Source: an uncultured Planctomycetota bacterium (GTDB taxonomy: Bacteria > Planctomycetota > Planctomycetia > Pirellulales > Lacipirellulaceae). From it: a stretch of DNA of 64,000 nt. How positions within the stretch are numbered: position 1 is the first letter of the stretch; the number at the start of each line of letters is the position of its first letter. Positions 59,581 through 64,000 of the stretch are shown in pieces. The position numbers and the translations under genes were made by a program. Location: positions 32,001-96,000 of the forward strand of contig CAVRBU010000010.1 of the NCBI GenBank assembly GCA_963719315.1, written 5' to 3'. Under the pieces are notes generated by a model. The model was not told where the DNA came from. It made no database searches and saw only the letters and a list, made by a program, of their open reading frames with translations.

Positions 59581-60597
59581 CTACTTCTGCCGGTGAGACA
59601 CGCCGGCCTTTCGCCGCAATTGACCGTTTCGATGAGGACCTTGAAGGTGGTGGCCTCGTGAGCCAGCTATGGCCACCGGCGTTTTGGCATTTAACAACTT
59701 ATTGATTTCCGTGCGTTTTGGCGCTGAAGGTTGAGCGCCCAATCGCGTGACAGATATCGCGCCCGCTGCGTTCGCGAATCGCACGGCGTCGATCAGCGAC
59801 TGTCCTTCGGCCAATGCCACTGCCAATGCGCCGTTAAAGGTATCGCCGGCCGCAGTCGTGTCGACTGGTTTGGCTTTGAATCCTGGCACTAGTTGTCTCG
59901 ACGAAGAAGTCGCCACGAACGCGCCGCGGGCGCCGAGCGTGATGATGACGGTCTTGACGCCCTTTCGTAGCAAGATTTCGGCGGCCCGGCCGCAGGATGC
60001 GTTATCGAACACTTGGATGCCCGTCAGGAGCTCGGCCTCGGTTTCATTCGGTGTTAAGAACGAAACTTTTTTCAATAGTTTGTCCGGCAGCGGACGTGCG
60101 GGGGCCGGGTTCAAAATGACAATCGCCCCGCTTGAGTCCGCCAGATCAGCCGCGGCTTGGGCCGTTTCCAGGGGCGTCTCCAATTGCAGGACGACGGCAG
60201 CGGCGGCCGCGATGGCAGTCTTGGCTTTCCGCACGTCGGCCGGCGAAAGCTTTGCGTTCGCGCCACTGCCCACACCGATGCTGTTCTCGCCGTCTTTGGC
60301 CACAAAGATGAGTGCCACGCCGGACGGAGATTTGTCACATTGCACATGATCGACGTTGATGCCGTGCTCAACGAAACCGGCGATCGCCTGCTGGCCGAAC
60401 ATATCGTCCCCGACGCGAGCGACGAACGTGACGGACCCGCCCGCCTTGGCGGCGGCTAAGGCCTGGTTGGCGCCTTTGCCGCCCGCAGCGGAGATGAATT
60501 CGCCCCCAAGGATGGTTTCGCCCGGCTTGGGGATCCGGTCCAGTTTAAGGATCATGTCGGTATTCGAGCTGCCGACAACAACGATTCTTCGCGCCAT
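59581..60597 (-). CDS. rbsK: Ribokinase
   Basis: VVGSSNTD, GGKGANQA, LNPAPA, PNETE, DTTAAGDTFNGA. Confidence 0.95.
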   Translation of the reverse strand: MARRIVVVGSSNTDMILKLDRIPKPGETILGGEFISAAGGKGANQALAAAKAGGSVTFVARVGDDMFGQQAIAGFVEHGINVDHVQCDKSPSGVALIFVAKDGENSIGVGSGANAKLSPADVRKAKTAIAAAAAVVLQLETPLETAQAAADLADSSGAIVILNPAPARPLPDKLLKKVSFLTPNETEAELLTGIQVFDNASCGRAAEILLRKGVKTVIITLGARGAFVATSSSRQLVPGFKAKPVDTTAAGDTFNGALAVALAEGQSLIDAVRFANAAGAISVTRLGAQPSAPKRTEINKLLNAKTPVAIAGSRGHHLQGPHRNGQLRRKAGVSHRQK

Positions 60598-60619
60598 CGC
60601 ATCTTCTCCTTGCAGCGAA

Positions 60620-61636
60620 TCACTTGGCATTCGCGTAGACGATGAGTGCCAGGCCGATGACGAACAAGGCAAACATGAACGCGAGCAGGCCATTCGTGCC
60701 TGCCCGCGCATTTTTGAATTCCTTCCAAATAAACACACCCCAGAGTGCGGCGACCAACGTCGCGCCTTGACCCAATCCGTAAGAAATGGCATAGCCAGCG
60801 GCATCCCCGGCAAGAATTGCAAACGACATTCCCACACCCCAGATCATGCCGCCGATGATGCCAACCACGTGTAGCCTAATGCTCCCTTTCGTGAAGTAAT
60901 CGCTAAAAGGCACCGGTTCACCGACAAACGGTTTCATCATCACCAACGAGTTGACGACAAAGCTCGACAAGAACAGACCCAGCGCAAAAAACACTAAAGC
61001 CGTATAAGGGGTCAACTTCCCCGCCATCTCAGGATCGACAATATGGCTGAGCGGTTGTGGCATAGCCGTTGCTACAAATTGAAAGAACTGTCCCATGAGC
61101 ACGCCGCAAAGAATGGATAGGACAATTCCCTTGACCGTCGTTTTTTGGCCAGTTGAAGGAATTCGCCGATAGGCCAACGCATCTAGTATGATTGCCGCAG
61201 CCACGCACGCCACACCGGTAAACAACAAAACGGGATTGCCGGACGGATCGACGCGATAGGTCATGATGACGCCGATCACCAAGGCCAATCCAATTCCAAT
61301 CGGGAAGGCCACGGCCATTCCAGCAATGTCGATTGCGGCGACCAACAGAATGTTCGCGATGTTGAAAACGACGCCGCCCAGCATTGCGTATCCGACATAC
61401 TTGCCCTGGGCCTGTCGCAGGTCATTCAGGAAGCTTCGTTCATGATCGCCGGTGCTGCCGAGCGTGAACGCGAATAGCAACGTCAATAACAAAACACCGA
61501 GGCAATAGTCCCAATAAAAGAGTTGGAACCGCCACTCTTTGCTGGCCAGCTTTTGGGTGTTGGCCCACGATCCCCAGCAGATCATCGTGATGATGCACAT
61601 CAACACGGCGAGAGGATATGAATGAACGAGCACCAT
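60620..61636 (-). CDS. GRP/DMT-family sugar (ribose) porter
   Basis: CWGSWANT, FQLFYWDY, GMAVAFP, SYGLGQGAT, WGVFIWKEF. Confidence 0.88.
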   Translation of the reverse strand: MVLVHSYPLAVLMCIITMICWGSWANTQKLASKEWRFQLFYWDYCLGVLLLTLLFAFTLGSTGDHERSFLNDLRQAQGKYVGYAMLGGVVFNIANILLVAAIDIAGMAVAFPIGIGLALVIGVIMTYRVDPSGNPVLLFTGVACVAAAIILDALAYRRIPSTGQKTTVKGIVLSILCGVLMGQFFQFVATAMPQPLSHIVDPEMAGKLTPYTALVFFALGLFLSSFVVNSLVMMKPFVGEPVPFSDYFTKGSIRLHVVGIIGGMIWGVGMSFAILAGDAAGYAISYGLGQGATLVAALWGVFIWKEFKNARAGTNGLLAFMFALFVIGLALIVYANAK

Positions 61637-61703
61637 ATCTGCGATCCGCAAAAAAGTCGCTTTGTATCTAGTCGCGATTGTTTCTCACGTCGCCGGCGCT
61701 TGA

Positions 61704-63245
61704 CTACTTCGCGAGATACACGATGGCCCGAGTGATCATGATTCTATGTCCCGAACTGTGCGGATCGGCGTCTTTGCGTATCACCAAACGCATCGCATGT
61801 TGGCCCGGCGTCAAGCCGTGGATCCGCCACAGGTCGACATCGTGCGTGTTGGGCATGATGTAGTTGTCGGCAACGACATCGCTCTTTACGCCATCCACAT
61901 AAACGTCGGCGCGGCCGCCATTATCGGAAAGATTGCCGGCTAGGGCCAGTCCCGTGCCGCTGAACTTGAGCGTTGCTTCGCTGCCCGGTGTGTCGCTCGC
62001 CTTGGCCTGTTGCTTGTGGTGGTCCTGCGTATCAATCCACTTCCCTTGCCAAAGCCAGGCCGGGTTCTCGGCGCGAAACACTTTCACGGGGACGCCAAAG
62101 TTCGCCAATTCGAGTTTGGGCGGTTTGGGCGATTGCTCCGGAATCACGACTTCCTTATCGGTCACGGTGCCGCCGGCCTGGCGAATGACTTCCGAGGCCC
62201 GCTTTTCGGTCGATTTCACAATGTCGTTGAATGAGTAGTGGGTATGGCTGAATTTCCTGTCGGCCAGCTTGGCGAGCTCCGCTTTGTCGTGTTCGGGTAG
62301 CTTATCATAGCCGAGCATCGCGCCGAGTATGCCGAGGGCGGTGGACGGATTGCAGTCGGCATCCTGACCGCAGCGAGTTGCGATCTCCATGGTCTGCTGC
62401 CAATCGCGCTTCCCGTACAGCAAACCCATTGCGACGTACCCGCCGTTGAGTTTGGCATCGATGTTGAACGGGCGATTGACACCATCGGGGCAAACGTCGT
62501 TCTTGTCCCACTTGTCTTCGATTTTCTGCCACACCTTTCGCCAATCTGGTTCCTTTTCCGACCACGCAAGCACGTCGGCGATGAGCTTCGCATAGGGACT
62601 CTCCGCAGGTATGCAGGCCAGGCCGGCCTCGACGACCTTCCGCGGGTCGTCTGCGAAATAGGCCGAGGCGTACATGCCGGCCACAAACATCCCGCCGTAT
62701 AGACCGTCGCCGTAATTCATCACGCGACCGACGCGCTCGCAGTACTTGTTCGACACTTGGGGCAGACCCGGGCACATCGTACCGATGAAGTCGGCCTCGA
62801 TCTGAAAATCGATGTCGTCGCTGTGCAAATTGTATATGGGGTTGCCGGACAATGGCGCCGGAATGCCCCGATTGAGATTGCGGCGGGCGGCCGCGTTGGC
62901 GTGCCAGAGTTGGTATTTTGAGTCCTTGAACGCTTCGCCGTAATCGGCGGTGGTCGCGTCGAGGCCAACCGTGTCCATGACGTGGGCGAACGTCATCTCG
63001 ACATAGAGGTCGTCCTGGTCAATCGCGTTGGAAAGATCGTTCCCTTTGAACTCGGTGTCATTGATCTTACCCAGGAATTTGAACTCAACCGGCGCGCCAT
63101 ACGACACGCCGATCATTTGCGCGGCCCAAGCGCCGCGAATCTTGTCGCGCAGCGCCTCGCGCGAAAGATGCCGCACGAGTTCCGCGTGAATGTGCGCGGC
63201 GGGCAAAATCGTCAGCAACAGCACAATGATCTGATGGCTTCTCAT
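61704..63245 (-). CDS. Secreted ADP-ribosylglycohydrolase-family protein with C-terminal beta-sandwich
   Basis: Signal peptide; DKIRGAWAAQMIGV, QDDLYVE, DDIDFQIEAD, GQDADCNP. Confidence 0.87.
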   Translation of the reverse strand: MRSHQIIVLLLTILPAAHIHAELVRHLSREALRDKIRGAWAAQMIGVSYGAPVEFKFLGKINDTEFKGNDLSNAIDQDDLYVEMTFAHVMDTVGLDATTADYGEAFKDSKYQLWHANAAARRNLNRGIPAPLSGNPIYNLHSDDIDFQIEADFIGTMCPGLPQVSNKYCERVGRVMNYGDGLYGGMFVAGMYASAYFADDPRKVVEAGLACIPAESPYAKLIADVLAWSEKEPDWRKVWQKIEDKWDKNDVCPDGVNRPFNIDAKLNGGYVAMGLLYGKRDWQQTMEIATRCGQDADCNPSTALGILGAMLGYDKLPEHDKAELAKLADRKFSHTHYSFNDIVKSTEKRASEVIRQAGGTVTDKEVVIPEQSPKPPKLELANFGVPVKVFRAENPAWLWQGKWIDTQDHHKQQAKASDTPGSEATLKFSGTGLALAGNLSDNGGRADVYVDGVKSDVVADNYIMPNTHDVDLWRIHGLTPGQHAMRLVIRKDADPHSSGHRIMITRAIVYLAK

Positions 63246-63377
63246 AGAAATCGCAAGATTGGAGGTTGTGCCGAACGACCACGGATGTGTGGGTGCCACT
63301 GGCTTAGCCATTGTGTCCCTTCCGCGTTCAAGGCACTGGCACAGCCAGTGGCACCCAATCCAGAGTCCGGGCAAGTT

Positions 63378-64000
63378 CTAAGAATTCCGCCTTCTGGGAG
63401 GTCCGATAGATTCGCGTACAACGAATTCGACGGGCACTCGATGTAACAGTTTTTGCGGCTTATGTCCCGTGCGAATCTGCTCGATCAGCAGTGCGGCCGC
63501 CGTACGACCGATCGCTTCGATATCCTGCCGGATTACGCTCAGCGGCGATGCCAGGTATTCGGCAAATGGCGCATCGTCGAATGTTACCAGCGAGATATCG
63601 TATGGAACCTTGAGCTTGCGTTCGGCAAATGCGCAGAGCGCCCGAGAGCGTTTTGATTACTCAACGCAAACAGGCCGGACAATTCCGGATGCTCTTCCAA
63701 TAACTCGCAACTCGAGCGGTAGCCGGACGCTTCGCTGAAATCGTCGCCGCGAATCAGGGTTGCAATCGGTTCGATCTGATTGGCCCGGAGAGCCTGCCGG
63801 AATCCCTGCAATCGTTCATCGTTGGCCGAGGTGCCCGGACGACCTTGCAGGCATCCGATCTGCCTGTGCCCTTTTTCGATCATCGCGTTGGTGGCCGTAA
63901 AAGCGCCGTGCTCGTTCTCCGACGTGACCGTCGTCAACTGCAGGTCGGGAAACCAGCGGTCGACTACGACCACGTTGACGCCGGTTTGTTGCAGCCGGCG
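63378..64000 (-). CDS. LacI family transcriptional regulator, 5'-partial, frameshift at ~63640
   Basis: VVVDR, GHRQIG, ERLQGF, then (shifted frame) KVPYDISLVTFDD...PLSVIRQ...RES. Confidence 0.88.

Noticed and set aside
1..64000. CRISPR array or cas genes
   Set aside because: No regularly spaced 25-45-bp repeats and no cas-like ORF seen.

Overview
Planctomycete DNA, most like Pirellulales/Lacipirellulaceae. The evidence is DUF1559 proteins, a LEPR-XLL leader, dockerin-like and PEP-CTERM proteins, and planctomycete-type ECF sigma factors. Bases 1-11.2 kb hold a surface/polysaccharide locus: a secreted protein with an internal PEP-CTERM followed by a second signal peptide, DUF1559, an ECF/anti-sigma pair and a 1415-aa LEPR-XLL sugar dehydrogenase. 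From 11.3 kb on, the window is a mosaic of six same-orientation modules, each starting with CTCC(C/T)C(G/A)...GGA (11312, 15519, 17477, 21758, 33299, 57451). Three of these starts resemble a reverse-complemented tRNA 3' end, and two cut the gene on their left. The modules are: (1) DDE integrase + ECF + PEP-CTERM; (2) a lone Na+/sugar symporter; (3) tyrosine recombinase + terminase pair + HTH + truncated methyltransferase; (4) DDE integrase + chitin/GlcNAc locus (GH18, SSS, GH20, DUF1559, ROK); (5) a 24-kb phage-like element with no recognisable capsid genes (terminases, HNH, ParB-MTase, prim-pol, helicase, sigma-like factor, two DUF2924/serine-recombinase modules, PEP-CTERM cargo, truncated DrmD-like helicase, VIT1); (6) a LacI/ADP-ribosylglycohydrolase/GRP-porter/ribokinase/GH operon. 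Many single-base indels and several in-frame stops indicate decay and/or consensus error. All family calls come from motif recognition by eye; no database searches were run.
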